From: Bdellovibrio sp.
GTDB taxonomy: Bacteria > Bdellovibrionota > Bdellovibrionia > Bdellovibrionales > Bdellovibrionaceae
Assembly: GCA_046070625.1 (NCBI GenBank)
Contig: JBJTMR010000061.1
Coordinates: 570 to 64,569, forward strand
Reading direction: 5' to 3'
Length of the DNA stretch: 64,000 nucleotides
Shown: piece by piece, positions 28,175-37,628 of the stretch
Layout: each line of letters begins with the position of its first letter
Numbering within the stretch: position 1 is the stretch's first letter
The notes under the pieces: model-generated
The model's input: only the letters and a program-made list of their open reading frames with translations
Databases searched by the model: none
Told to the model about the DNA's origin: nothing
Made by a program: the position numbers and the translations under genes

Positions 28175-28969
28175 TTAAGATTCCGTGATCTCAAAGAACT
28201 GCAAAGCTAAGCAGTATACAGACTCACGGTCGGCTCCGGATTCCAACTCAACCATCAAGGCGCGGCGGAAAGATTCCAAACGTTGTTTCACCAATGGAAT
28301 TTGGCTTTTGTTAATACTCAACATCATGGATGAAATATCACGATTTTCTACCGGTTGTTTATCAATTGACGTCATCGCCTTAGCCAGGATTTGCTTATGG
28401 AAACTACGAATAGCTTCCGACGGGATATCTGCAGTGGTCGTCTGTTGACCGTGTTTGCAAACCCAATTGCCGTCTTTCTTTTCAATCAAGTTAAGACGCT
28501 CTAAGCGCTCAAAAGAAGATTCCACCAGTTCTGGTGTTATTCCCAATTTTTTCGCAAAAGCATTGGTGTCGTTGTGAACTTTAGAGGAGATCAAAATCTC
28601 CATGATCGCAGCATAATGCCAGTCAGAGATCAGTTTAAAAGTATCTTCACCAATATGAGTGAAAAACTCAGTTCTTTGTTGCACACGCTGTTGTGAAAGT
28701 TTTTTGATCACAGCACTGCGCGAGTGTTCAGACAAAACAAGGTTAACGAATAACTCACGATCGGAACTGGAAAACCCCAGACGTTCCGCAATTTTTACGG
28801 CGCGCTCTTCGGATAAACCTACTTTTCCGTTAATGACTTCAGACAAGCGAGATACAGGAACCCCTAAATCACGAGCGAACGCTCGCAATGAGTACGATGG
28901 ATTACGACGCTTGCGGGTCTCAAGCTCAGAAATCAAAAAATTTCGATAATTTAACTCATTTTTCATCAT
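28175..28969 (-). CDS. TIGR02147-family protein (HTH plus DUF4423-like domain)
   Basis: NPSYSLRAFARDLG HTH, LISDWHYAAI, PVENRDISS, VYCLALQFF; start moved to the MMKNEL ATG (uncertain). Confidence 0.85.
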   Translation of the reverse strand: MMKNELNYRNFLISELETRKRRNPSYSLRAFARDLGVPVSRLSEVINGKVGLSEERAVKIAERLGFSSSDRELFVNLVLSEHSRSAVIKKLSQQRVQQRTEFFTHIGEDTFKLISDWHYAAIMEILISSKVHNDTNAFAKKLGITPELVESSFERLERLNLIEKKDGNWVCKHGQQTTTADIPSEAIRSFHKQILAKAMTSIDKQPVENRDISSMMLSINKSQIPLVKQRLESFRRALMVELESGADRESVYCLALQFFEITES

Positions 28970-29163
28970 CAACCGTGAATTTTTATATGACAGCATATCC
29001 CGAGTCATCGCACTGTTAAAAAAGGCCTGCGGATCTGTACCGCCATGTTCTTTCAAGTTCTGACGTCTATTTTCCCATATCCCGGAAACGTCCGTCCAGC
29101 GCCAATATCCCTGCAATAAAACAGCTCTTTGTATGTTACCTATTTTTGCATTGAGTCGAAGTC

Positions 29164-30465
29164 ATGCGAACTTTCACAATACTTTCTATTCTCACATTCT
29201 CTTTAAACTGCTTCTCTGCCACAGGCGATCTCGTGCTATCACTAGGCCAATCTAAAGACCTTCCTCTGAAGAGTTCTTCAGTATGGATCGAGGATCGCAA
29301 GATTCTTAAGGCCGAGCCCTTAGGAGCTAAGCTCATATTGAAGGGCCTCAAAGAAGGATTCACGACGGTTCGCATTGGAGACAACCTGTATCATATTCAA
29401 GTCGTCCACCCAGGAAAAAGAGATATCCTTACGGATCTGCATCTCAATCTTAAAGACATTGTCGGGCTTAACGCGGAAATTTCAGAGGGAGATCTGTTGG
29501 TCACGGGTCGTCTTTATCGTATGACGGATTGGTTGCGCTTGGCGAAACTTGCGCGAACTCAGGCTGTTACTTATCAAATGCGTGCTGAGCTTTCACAAAC
29601 TTTACAAAATGAAAGTGCTCGCTTTTTCAGTGAGCTTTTAGCCAAAGCGCACTTACCACCGCAGACATTGATTTTTTCTCCCGCTCCGGAAATTCGCATC
29701 ACGGGTTCCGATCTGGTATTAAAAAAATATGCAACTCTTTTACATCCTTTTGGAATCACGATTCTTAAAGATGAAAGCAGCCTCGACATTTCTCCGACGG
29801 TAAAAGTACAAATCACGGTCGCTGAAATTCGCAGAGACAAGGGCCTCACCTATGGCCTTAAGCTGCCAGAAGCCTATTCAGCGACCATACTGAATTCTGG
29901 AGAAACTGTGTGGGAAGATTTGAAGCTCACCGTCGAAGCTTTCGAAAAAAATGGTATAGGAAAAATCTTAGCCAGTCCCAATATCATGTGTCGAAGTGGC
30001 AAGGAGGCAGAGTTCCTTGCCGGTGGGGAGTTCCCGATCAAAATTATGAACTATAAGGTTCAAGACATTGTGTGGAAACGCTATGGCATTTTATTGCGTG
30101 TAAAACCCAAAGCGGATTCAGCAGGACGCATAAGCCTGTCAATTGAGACAGAAGTTTCAACCATTGATAAGGCTACAGGAGTGGATGGCATTCCCGGTAT
30201 TTTGACAAATCGAGTTTCCAGCCATTTTGATTTAACTCGGCCTCAGACTATCGCACTTTCTGGGCTGCTCAAGAATGAAGATTCAGAGAACTCTCAAGGC
30301 TTGCCCATGTTGTCGCGTCTACCGATTATTGGCGCTCTTTTTTCCAGCAAGGAATTTCGTGATAACCGTACTGAGCTGGTCATTTTTGTTCGTCCTGAAA
30401 TCCTGAAAGAAGGCGATCAGAACTTAAAGCCTCAACACCTAGGCGAGCTGTCGGAGCCACGATGA
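29164..30465 (+). CDS. cpaC: CpaC/RcpA-type secretin of the Tad system
   Basis: Signal peptide; KVQITVAEI, LASPNIMCRSGKEAEFLAGGEFPI, LPMLSRLPIIGALFSS, RTELVIFVRP. Confidence 0.92.
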   Translation: MRTFTILSILTFSLNCFSATGDLVLSLGQSKDLPLKSSSVWIEDRKILKAEPLGAKLILKGLKEGFTTVRIGDNLYHIQVVHPGKRDILTDLHLNLKDIVGLNAEISEGDLLVTGRLYRMTDWLRLAKLARTQAVTYQMRAELSQTLQNESARFFSELLAKAHLPPQTLIFSPAPEIRITGSDLVLKKYATLLHPFGITILKDESSLDISPTVKVQITVAEIRRDKGLTYGLKLPEAYSATILNSGETVWEDLKLTVEAFEKNGIGKILASPNIMCRSGKEAEFLAGGEFPIKIMNYKVQDIVWKRYGILLRVKPKADSAGRISLSIETEVSTIDKATGVDGIPGILTNRVSSHFDLTRPQTIALSGLLKNEDSENSQGLPMLSRLPIIGALFSSKEFRDNRTELVIFVRPEILKEGDQNLKPQHLGELSEPR

Positions 30466-31577
30466 TTTCAACTGCAAAAACAGTTTTTGATTCCATCCAA
30501 GAAAAAATCTCAAGACTTCCCTTGAATGAGTTCATGCTTTCCAGTGACGAAGAAAATCAAATGCGCTCGCAAAAGATCGAACAGCTCATCTTAACGGAAA
30601 CGGCTTCGTTGGAAGAGACACAACGCCGTCGAATCCAAGATGAATTCAACTCTTGGGGGCCCCTGGCCGCCCCGCTTGAAGATGAATCCATCACAGAAAT
30701 ATTAGTGAACGGCCCTGATAGCATTTGGATCGAACGTAAGGGGCAACTGGAAAAACACCCGGATTTCTTTTTCTCTGATTTAAGTTTTCGCAACTGTCTG
30801 GAAAGAATTTCCTTGGCGGCAAAGTCTCATATTACTGTTGAGCATCCCTGTGCAGACGGTCAATTTGGGAACTTTCGTTTAAGTCTTATCGGCGCAGATC
30901 TGACGCGCTCGACCCCGCACTTATCTTTACGACGCCACCCCAAAAACCCTTGGACCTTTGAAAAACTTCAGAGTCATCAGTGGTGTTCGGCCTCGGCAAC
31001 TGAATTTTTTCAACAAATGATCGAACAAAAAAAGAATTTTTTAGTTATCGGCGCTACGGGCTCTGGTAAAACATCCGTCCTGAATTCATTTTTAAATATT
31101 TTGCCCGAAAACGAGCGTGTAGTGGTGATCGAAGACACCGCTGAAATCGCGTTACCAAACTCTGCTAGCATGAAACTTTTAACTCGTGAAGATCCCCAGG
31201 GGATTTTGCCTACCGTTGATCAAGCCCAACTGGTCAAACGTTCCTTGCGCTTAAGACCGGATCGAATTGTCATGGGAGAAGTACGTGGTGCGGAAGCGAA
31301 GGACTTCTTGATGGCGCTGGCCACGGGACATTCAGGAAGCTTTGGAACCTTGCACGCTCAGGATGCGGCCCAGGCTTTGATTAGATTAGAGATGCTTATT
31401 CAAATGGGCGCTCCTCAATGGAGTTTGAGCGCCATTCGACGATTGATACAGCTCTCCCTCGACTACGTTATCGTCACTGGGAGAGAGTCCTCTGGAAAAC
31501 GAATTTTTAAAGGGGCGTATCGACTTTGTTCCCTGGAAGATCATGGCTTCCTTTTGGAGCCGATGAACTTGGAGTGA
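30462..31577 (+). CDS. cpaF: CpaF/TadA pilus assembly ATPase
   Basis: EILVNGPD, Walker A GATGSGKT, IEDTAE, LRLRPDRIVMGEVRG, TGHSGSFGTLHA. Confidence 0.95.
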   Translation: MISTAKTVFDSIQEKISRLPLNEFMLSSDEENQMRSQKIEQLILTETASLEETQRRRIQDEFNSWGPLAAPLEDESITEILVNGPDSIWIERKGQLEKHPDFFFSDLSFRNCLERISLAAKSHITVEHPCADGQFGNFRLSLIGADLTRSTPHLSLRRHPKNPWTFEKLQSHQWCSASATEFFQQMIEQKKNFLVIGATGSGKTSVLNSFLNILPENERVVVIEDTAEIALPNSASMKLLTREDPQGILPTVDQAQLVKRSLRLRPDRIVMGEVRGAEAKDFLMALATGHSGSFGTLHAQDAAQALIRLEMLIQMGAPQWSLSAIRRLIQLSLDYVIVTGRESSGKRIFKGAYRLCSLEDHGFLLEPMNLE

Positions 31578-31923
31578 ACTCTTGAGAGGATGACATGTTT
31601 TCAAAGGCCTCTTCGGAATGAGTCAAGTCATTATCCCGAGCCACGGATTTGGGATTGCTGAAGAATTTTTTGTTCAGCTCTTCAACCACCTGTTTCTTAG
31701 TCATCTCTGGCTTTTTGTAGGTAATTGGAGATTCCGGTTCAGGCAATTGACCTGATTGGCGCATCTCTTCCATTTGTTTGCTCAGCATGATTCTGTCACC
31801 CAAAGAGTTCTTACCCTCAGGACGACCGAATGCAGGAGCTCCAGGACGAGCTGGTTGGGCCGCAGCCGTTTCCATCAACTTCATTCGCGGACTTGCCGGA
31901 ATAATACCGCTGATTTTATCCAT
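31507..31923 (-). CDS. Hypothetical soluble protein
   Basis: Strong GGAGG RBS and plausible composition; 71-nt convergent overlap with cpaF. Confidence 0.7.
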   Translation of the reverse strand: MDKISGIIPASPRMKLMETAAAQPARPGAPAFGRPEGKNSLGDRIMLSKQMEEMRQSGQLPEPESPITYKKPEMTKKQVVEELNKKFFSNPKSVARDNDLTHSEEAFENMSSSQEFTPSSSAPKGSHDLPGNKVDTPL

Positions 31924-31977
31924 ACCACACCTCCGTGTGTATTTACGAAAAGCCTTCCTTGGCTTTCCATAGGAGTT

Positions 31978-32004
31978 GTATCGGATTAATACGTCTTAAC
32001 TTGA
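31978..32004 (-). promoter_or_regulatory. Possible sigma-28 promoter
   Basis: TCAAG-N14-TCCGATAC upstream of 31923; spacer one base short. Confidence 0.4.
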
Positions 32005-32026
32005 GACCGTTGCAGGAAATCTGGAA

Positions 32027-32797
32027 CTAGGTCCAGCTGTAAAACTGCCAAGGACTTGCGGGATGCCCTAAAAGACGTTCGCAAATCATTTTTATGTGCG
32101 GATCTTCACTGCCGGACCAAAAAGTGCGACCGATCAAAAAGCTTTGCGAGAACTCGAGCCAAGTTTTGAATTTTCCTTCCGCAAGCGGAGCCATTTTTAA
32201 AATTTCGCCCCAGGCTTCGCTATCGTCAATGTAACCGGAAACAAAACTAAGTCGTACTAAGTGGACAAAACGCGCCACATCCCAGCCGAGGATGCCACAA
32301 TCTGAAATGTACTTATTCGTTCTTTGTATCCAAGCGGCAAGCTTTTGATACGCCTCATCGTCCATCTGCAGATTTTGTTCCTCACTGAAATCAAAACTGA
32401 AAACTTGTTTAAACTTTTCAAGTTCGCTAGCTCTTAGCGGACCCTCAGGAGGAACAAAAGACTTCAACACACTGAACTTGGCCCGATGGCCCTGTTGTCG
32501 GATATTCTCAAGCGTTACCAAGGCTTGTTCTCGGGACTTAACTCCCCAGTACTCTTCTAAAATTCCGATGCAATCAGCTTTGATTTCATGGCCCCAGTTT
32601 AAGTCCAAACGGAAAAAGTATTCTGCAACTTCATCCAGAACTTGTTCCTTGGCGTCCCCCGTCAACTCTGCGCCTTCTACCAAGTCAGAACCAATGATCT
32701 CAAATAAATCGTCAAGGACGTGATTTTCTTCAACAAAGACGGCACCCATGCACATCATTTTTTGTTCTAAATTTGTTTCAGGTAAAATGCGCTGCAT
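32027..32797 (-). CDS. DUF1266-like protein
   Basis: GILGWDVARFVHLVRLSFVSGYI...W.EFSQSFLIGRTFW pattern; start moved to MQRIL (GGGAG RBS). Confidence 0.75.
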   Translation of the reverse strand: MQRILPETNLEQKMMCMGAVFVEENHVLDDLFEIIGSDLVEGAELTGDAKEQVLDEVAEYFFRLDLNWGHEIKADCIGILEEYWGVKSREQALVTLENIRQQGHRAKFSVLKSFVPPEGPLRASELEKFKQVFSFDFSEEQNLQMDDEAYQKLAAWIQRTNKYISDCGILGWDVARFVHLVRLSFVSGYIDDSEAWGEILKMAPLAEGKFKTWLEFSQSFLIGRTFWSGSEDPHIKMICERLLGHPASPWQFYSWT

Positions 32798-32874
32798 GGA
32801 AACTCCCTGTGTGAAAACATCGTTCCTATTCAATTACGTTTCTTTGCCTTTTTCAATGTGTTAAATTTATCGCT

Positions 32875-33525
32875 ATGTTGAAGAGAATTCTCATGGCAGC
32901 AATTGCCATCTTTTTTATTCTGGTGGGATCTCTAATCGTAATGATTGGCTATGCCATTTATAATCCGCATTCTATCTTCACTGCCTTTGATAAAGTCACC
33001 ACGCACTTTACTCGTGGTGAACCTTACAGTGAAAATGGCGAGTTTTTCTTGCAAGGTATTCAAACCCTTCACATCAAAACCGGTCGTATGAAACTTGAAG
33101 TGGCCCCCTATTCTGGTAACACTTTAAAGATTTCCTTAGAGGGCAAGATCCCGCGGTTTGAACATGGTCCTTTCATCGTAGAGCGAGCTGCGGAAAGCCA
33201 AGTCGCAATCGAACTGCATGAGCCCATCGCCAGCCAGTGGGTTCATATGAACGTGAATGGTCAGGAGTTTGCGGAGGAATCTAATTCTTCACTGGTGGCA
33301 AAAATTTATTTACCCAAAAACTTTAAAGGCACGGCAACTCTTGCGACCGATTCCGGTCCGGTTGAAATGACTTTACCTAAAGATCTGTTTTATGAATTTG
33401 ATTTGCAGTCTACGTCGGGAAAGATTGAAAATAAGGCCATCGTGGATAGCACTTTGCCCGTTCCTGCAGAAGTGGCCAAGATTCATATCTTGACCACCAC
33501 TGGAAATATCTTAATTAAGAATTAA
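32875..33525 (+). CDS. Membrane-anchored beta-strand-repeat protein (DUF4097-like)
   Basis: N-terminal TM; repeated xTxSGxI motifs (TDSGPV, STSGKI, TTTGNI). Confidence 0.65.
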   Translation: MLKRILMAAIAIFFILVGSLIVMIGYAIYNPHSIFTAFDKVTTHFTRGEPYSENGEFFLQGIQTLHIKTGRMKLEVAPYSGNTLKISLEGKIPRFEHGPFIVERAAESQVAIELHEPIASQWVHMNVNGQEFAEESNSSLVAKIYLPKNFKGTATLATDSGPVEMTLPKDLFYEFDLQSTSGKIENKAIVDSTLPVPAEVAKIHILTTTGNILIKN

Positions 33526-35335
33526 CTTTCTTAGCATCATCCAACGCCTTCTCTGCCAGAGGGCTTAAGCGAACGCCGACTTCTGCCAACTGATCGCGGC
33601 TGACTTCGCTTGGACAATCTGCCATCAAGTCTGAAGCTTTTGCCGTTTTCGGGAATGCAATTACTTCACGGATGGCATCTGTTTCACATAGCAACATCAC
33701 AAGACGGTCCAAGCCCCAAGCGATACCACCGTGTGGAGGTGTTCCGTATTTCAATGCTTCTAAGAAGAATCCAAATTTGTGTTCAGTTTCTTCTTGGCTC
33801 ATACCTAGAAGACGGAACATCGCCTGTTGGATTTCGTTACGATAGATACGAATAGATCCACCACCCATTTCGTAACCGTTACAAACCAGGTCATACGCTT
33901 TCGCTAAGATCTTGCCGTAAGCTTGCTCATTCGTGCCCAAAAGATCACCGAAGAACTCATCCTTAGGAGACGTGAATGGATGGTGACGAGCGACCCAGCG
34001 TTTTTCATCTGGAGAGTACTCAAGAAGTGGGAAATCCACGACCCACAAGAACTTATAGTTTTTATTGTCGATCAGGTTCAATTCTTTGCCCAAGTGCAAA
34101 CGCAAAGTTGAAAGCGAAGCACAAGCTGTATCGAAATCATCGGCAACGATCAAGGCACAGTCACCCGTGTTGGCACCCGTTGCTTTAAAGATTTCTGCCA
34201 ATTTGTCTGGGCTAAAGAATTTAGAAACTGGAGAAGACAACGAACCATCTGCTTCAGATTTAATCCAAACCAAGCCTTTAGCGCCCGCGCGTTTCGCCAG
34301 GTCCGTCAATTTATCAAACTGACCACGAGAGTAGGCGCCACCATTAGGCACGGCGATACCACGTACGATACCATTGCGACCTAACACGTCGTCGAAAACT
34401 TTAAAGCCAGAACCTGTAACGATGGCTTTAAGGTCTTTGATCTCCATACCAAAGCGCGTGTCCGGCTTATCGATACCATAACGATCCATCGCTTCTTGGT
34501 AAGTCATACGAGGGATTTCGCCCACGTCGATACCTTTGATCTCTTTCCAGATCATACGAAGCATTTTTTCATTCATCGCCATGATGTCTTCTTGGTCGAT
34601 GAAAGACATTTCCATATCGATTTGCGAAAATTCCGGCTGACGGTCCGCACGCAAGTCTTCGTCACGGAAGCAACGAGCGATTTGGAAGTAACGGTCATAA
34701 CCAGAGATCATCAACAGCTGTTTCAAAGTTTGTGGCGATTGAGGAAGAGCATAGAACGTCCCTTGGTTCACACGTGAAGGAACCAAGTAGTCACGAGCAC
34801 CTTCCGGTGTCGATTTATAAAGAATCGGAGTTTCAACTTCTAAGAAGCCATTATCAGAAAGGAAGCGACGAACCACCTGAGCCACTTTATGACGAGTGAT
34901 CAAATGACTTTGTAAACGCTCAGTGCGCAGATCCAAATAACGATATTTCAAACGTAGCATTTCGTTGACGTTTTCATCGCCGGCTTGGAACGGAGGCACC
35001 GCTGATTCATTCAAAACTTCACAACGAAGGGCTTCAATTTCAATTTCACCGGTTTTGATTTTCGTATTTTTCATCCCATCTGGACGAGCACGAACCACAC
35101 CTTCAACAGCCACTACAAACTCACCACGCAAGTTTTTCGAAGCCGCCGTCTCAGCTTTATTCGGATCCAAAACGACTTGGACGATGCCTTCACGATCACG
35201 CAAATCGATGAACACCAAGTTACCGTGGTCACGTCGCACATCGACCCAACCCATCACAACAACTTTCTGCCCAACATTCGCAGCACTCAATTTACCGCAG
35301 TAATCAGTTCTCTTAAGATCTTTCACAAATTTCAT
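33515..35335 (-). CDS. aspS: Aspartate-tRNA ligase (likely non-discriminating)
   Basis: True start ATG 35335 ([14 protein letters not shown]); [46 protein letters not shown]. Confidence 0.98.
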   Translation of the reverse strand: MKFVKDLKRTDYCGKLSAANVGQKVVVMGWVDVRRDHGNLVFIDLRDREGIVQVVLDPNKAETAASKNLRGEFVVAVEGVVRARPDGMKNTKIKTGEIEIEALRCEVLNESAVPPFQAGDENVNEMLRLKYRYLDLRTERLQSHLITRHKVAQVVRRFLSDNGFLEVETPILYKSTPEGARDYLVPSRVNQGTFYALPQSPQTLKQLLMISGYDRYFQIARCFRDEDLRADRQPEFSQIDMEMSFIDQEDIMAMNEKMLRMIWKEIKGIDVGEIPRMTYQEAMDRYGIDKPDTRFGMEIKDLKAIVTGSGFKVFDDVLGRNGIVRGIAVPNGGAYSRGQFDKLTDLAKRAGAKGLVWIKSEADGSLSSPVSKFFSPDKLAEIFKATGANTGDCALIVADDFDTACASLSTLRLHLGKELNLIDNKNYKFLWVVDFPLLEYSPDEKRWVARHHPFTSPKDEFFGDLLGTNEQAYGKILAKAYDLVCNGYEMGGGSIRIYRNEIQQAMFRLLGMSQEETEHKFGFFLEALKYGTPPHGGIAWGLDRLVMLLCETDAIREVIAFPKTAKASDLMADCPSEVSRDQLAEVGVRLSPLAEKALDDAKKVNS

Positions 35336-35595
35336 TGAAGACACCTTGCTAAGGAATAAAGCCCGGGCAAGCCCCAAGCTGTTCAAAATACTCTCATTTT
35401 CACAAACTCCAGTCAAAACCCAACGCACCCAAACCAATAAAATCCAGGCCCCAAAACAACTCCCCAATCTTATTGAACCCACCAAAAAATGGAACGATTG
35501 CTCAAAAAATCCTAACCCCAAGTCTCCCGGAGCACCGATTCCTCAAAAAAATGAAGGCCTTTAATGACCAAGAGGATGACGCATGTCTTCGAGGA

Positions 35596-35734
35596 GGAAA
35601 AGGAAGTGTTAAGCCCCCACGGAGCGAGTGCAAGTTCCGCAGCCGAGCCCAAAGCCTAGTAAACAGGAGTGACAAAATCGAGGCGAGGACTGTCCGAAGC
35701 AATCGCTCCGTGGGGGCTTAACACTTCCTTTTCC
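35596..35734. repeat. 139-bp long-hairpin element with perfect 32-bp terminal inverted repeats (MITE/REP-like or structured RNA)
   Basis: GGAAAAGGAAGTGTTAAGCCCCCACGGAGCGA (35596-35627) is the exact reverse complement of 35703-35734; the interior is partly self-complementary. Confidence 0.85.
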
Positions 35735-35784
35735 GACCCCCGAAGTACATACTAAGAACGATTTAGCCCCGAAAGGACCAAGAA

Positions 35785-36090
35785 ATGCCAAAATTCACGA
35801 TCGATCACAATTCCAGCCACTCTGCCCCCGAAGCTTACAAAAAAATAAAAGAATTTTTGGCCAATGACCTTGATATTCGAAAATTCGATCCCAAACTTCA
35901 GTGCGACTTTAATGATGGAGCAATGAGTTGCAAAATGAATGGCGCTCAATTTAAAGCAGATATGGCCGTTGCCGCTGCGGGCAATGGCAGCAAGGTCTCC
36001 GTAATAGTTGATCTGCCATTGATGCTCACTCCGTTCAAGGGTAAGGTCCAAGAGACTTTACAAAAAAAACTCGCTAAGTATTTAAGCTAG
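35785..36090 (+). CDS. Polyhydroxyalkanoic acid system (PHA_gran_rgn-like) small protein
   Basis: IDHNSSHSAPEAYKKI N-terminus and VDLPLMLTPFKGKVQETL C-terminus. Confidence 0.7.
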   Translation: MPKFTIDHNSSHSAPEAYKKIKEFLANDLDIRKFDPKLQCDFNDGAMSCKMNGAQFKADMAVAAAGNGSKVSVIVDLPLMLTPFKGKVQETLQKKLAKYLS

Positions 36091-36096
36091 GAAACT

Positions 36097-37203
36097 ATGG
36101 CAAAAACAAAGGCGAAATCTTCTAATTCGACCAAGTCTTCGAAAGAGATAAAAGCGGCACCTAAAAGTTCCGCGAAGAAATCACCTGCGCCTAAAAAAAG
36201 TAAAATTGAACCCAAAGCAGTTGTCGCTGAGATCGTTGAAAACGAAACCGGCGATGAAAATCCTCATGCAGAAGCTGAAAAAGCTTACACTCTTCCGCAA
36301 GACGAAGATTTCACAAACGACGAAATCACCGACAGCCCAAAAGCCATCGCGGTAGTAGAGCCTTCCAAAGCTCTTACGTCTTCAGACCCTTTAGTGACCT
36401 ATTTAAATGAAATTCGCCGCTATCGAGTTCTTAGCAAAGAAGAAGAAACAGCCCTCGCGAAAAAATATTTTGAAACGAAGGATCCTGAGGCCGCTCAAGA
36501 TCTCGTTAAAGCAAATCTGCGTTTCGTTGTAAAAGTCGCGGCAGAGTATTCAAAATTCGGCGCCAAGATGATTGATTTGATTCAAGAAGGCAACGTCGGC
36601 CTGATGCATGCGGTTCGCGAATTCAACCCCTATAAAGGGGCTCGCCTCATCACCTATGCGGTTTGGTGGATTCGCGGTTATATTCAAGAATATCTTATGC
36701 GCCAATATTCTATGGTGCGTATTGGAACGACTCAGAATCAGCGCAAGTTGTTTTACCAACTGCAAAAAGAAAAAGAGGCGTTGGATGCTATGGGGGTTCA
36801 CCCCACCACGGCCTTGATCAGTAGCCGCTTGGGAATTCCAGAAGACGAAGTGCGCGACATGGCCATGCGCATGTCTGGACGCGATGTCAGCTTGGACCGC
36901 CCTGTTGATGACGACTCTGGAACAAGCCTGGGTGACCTTCAAAAAAGCCACACCTCCGATGAGTCCTTGGATGATACTCTTGCACACCAAGAGCAGCTCG
37001 AAATTCTTAAAAAGAAAATCGAAGAAATTCGTCCAGAGCTTTCTGAAAGAGAAAAAATCATTCTCGATGAGCGAATCTTAAATGATGATCCGTTAACCCT
37101 CCAAGAAATTGGCGAAAAGCACGGCATAACCCGAGAAGCTGTTCGACAAATGGAAGCTCGCCTGTTGAAAAAGATCAAATCGAAAATGGAAGAGCAGCCT
37201 TAA
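36097..37203 (+). CDS. rpoH: RNA polymerase sigma factor, RpoH/sigma-32 family
   Basis: YLNEIRRY, NLRFVVK, DLIQEGNVGL, TYAVWWIR, RpoH box QRKLFYQL, LQEIGEKHGITREAVRQME. Confidence 0.9.
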   Translation: MAKTKAKSSNSTKSSKEIKAAPKSSAKKSPAPKKSKIEPKAVVAEIVENETGDENPHAEAEKAYTLPQDEDFTNDEITDSPKAIAVVEPSKALTSSDPLVTYLNEIRRYRVLSKEEETALAKKYFETKDPEAAQDLVKANLRFVVKVAAEYSKFGAKMIDLIQEGNVGLMHAVREFNPYKGARLITYAVWWIRGYIQEYLMRQYSMVRIGTTQNQRKLFYQLQKEKEALDAMGVHPTTALISSRLGIPEDEVRDMAMRMSGRDVSLDRPVDDDSGTSLGDLQKSHTSDESLDDTLAHQEQLEILKKKIEEIRPELSEREKIILDERILNDDPLTLQEIGEKHGITREAVRQMEARLLKKIKSKMEEQP

Positions 37204-37218
37204 AAGACTGCTCTTTTT
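37190..37218. terminator. Probable terminator between convergent genes
   Basis: AAGAGCAG...CTGCTCTT followed by TTT at the rpoH stop. Confidence 0.55.
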
Positions 37219-37508
37219 CATTTAACCTCGGTGGCTTCATCAGACTCTTTAATTTCACCGTTCAGCTTGTCCGTGGGTCTGCAATCACTGCTGTGCTTAT
37301 CTAAAAAACTCAGCTCTTTTCCTCCCGGTTGCTGTTGTTCGGGACAAAGCAAAATGCCGGGGCCTTTACTTTGGGGCATTGGAGGTTGTCCACTGATCTC
37401 CCCTTGGATATCAATCATCGTTTTATTTTCTGATCGCACCTGAGGAGCGGCAACAGAAAAATGCCAACCCCCAAGCAGAACAACAAGGAACACCGTTAGC
37501 TTTTTCAT
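37218..37508 (-). CDS. Small secreted protein
   Basis: GAGGAGG RBS, signal peptide (SVA|AP), two Cys. Confidence 0.7.
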   Translation of the reverse strand: MKKLTVFLVVLLGGWHFSVAAPQVRSENKTMIDIQGEISGQPPMPQSKGPGILLCPEQQQPGGKELSFLDKHSSDCRPTDKLNGEIKESDEATEVK

Positions 37509-37628
37509 AAATCCTCCTCTCTCGTCCGTATTTTAACACTATTCTTCTGGGAGTTAATGAGTCACAGGACAGAAGGAGGTCTAGCACCTTCAGGATTCTT
37601 GCATCATCGATGCTAGATCACAAATAAT

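Noticed and set aside
35336-35521. 62-aa hydrophobic N-terminal extension of AspRS in the ORF track
   Set aside because: Homology begins at [10 protein letters not shown] (35335). The extension is translation of a G/T-skewed intergenic stretch; no T-box motif was found there either.
35473-35791. Short ORFs on both strands sharing KGSVKPPRS
   Set aside because: The shared peptide is simply the 32-bp inverted repeat read from each end.
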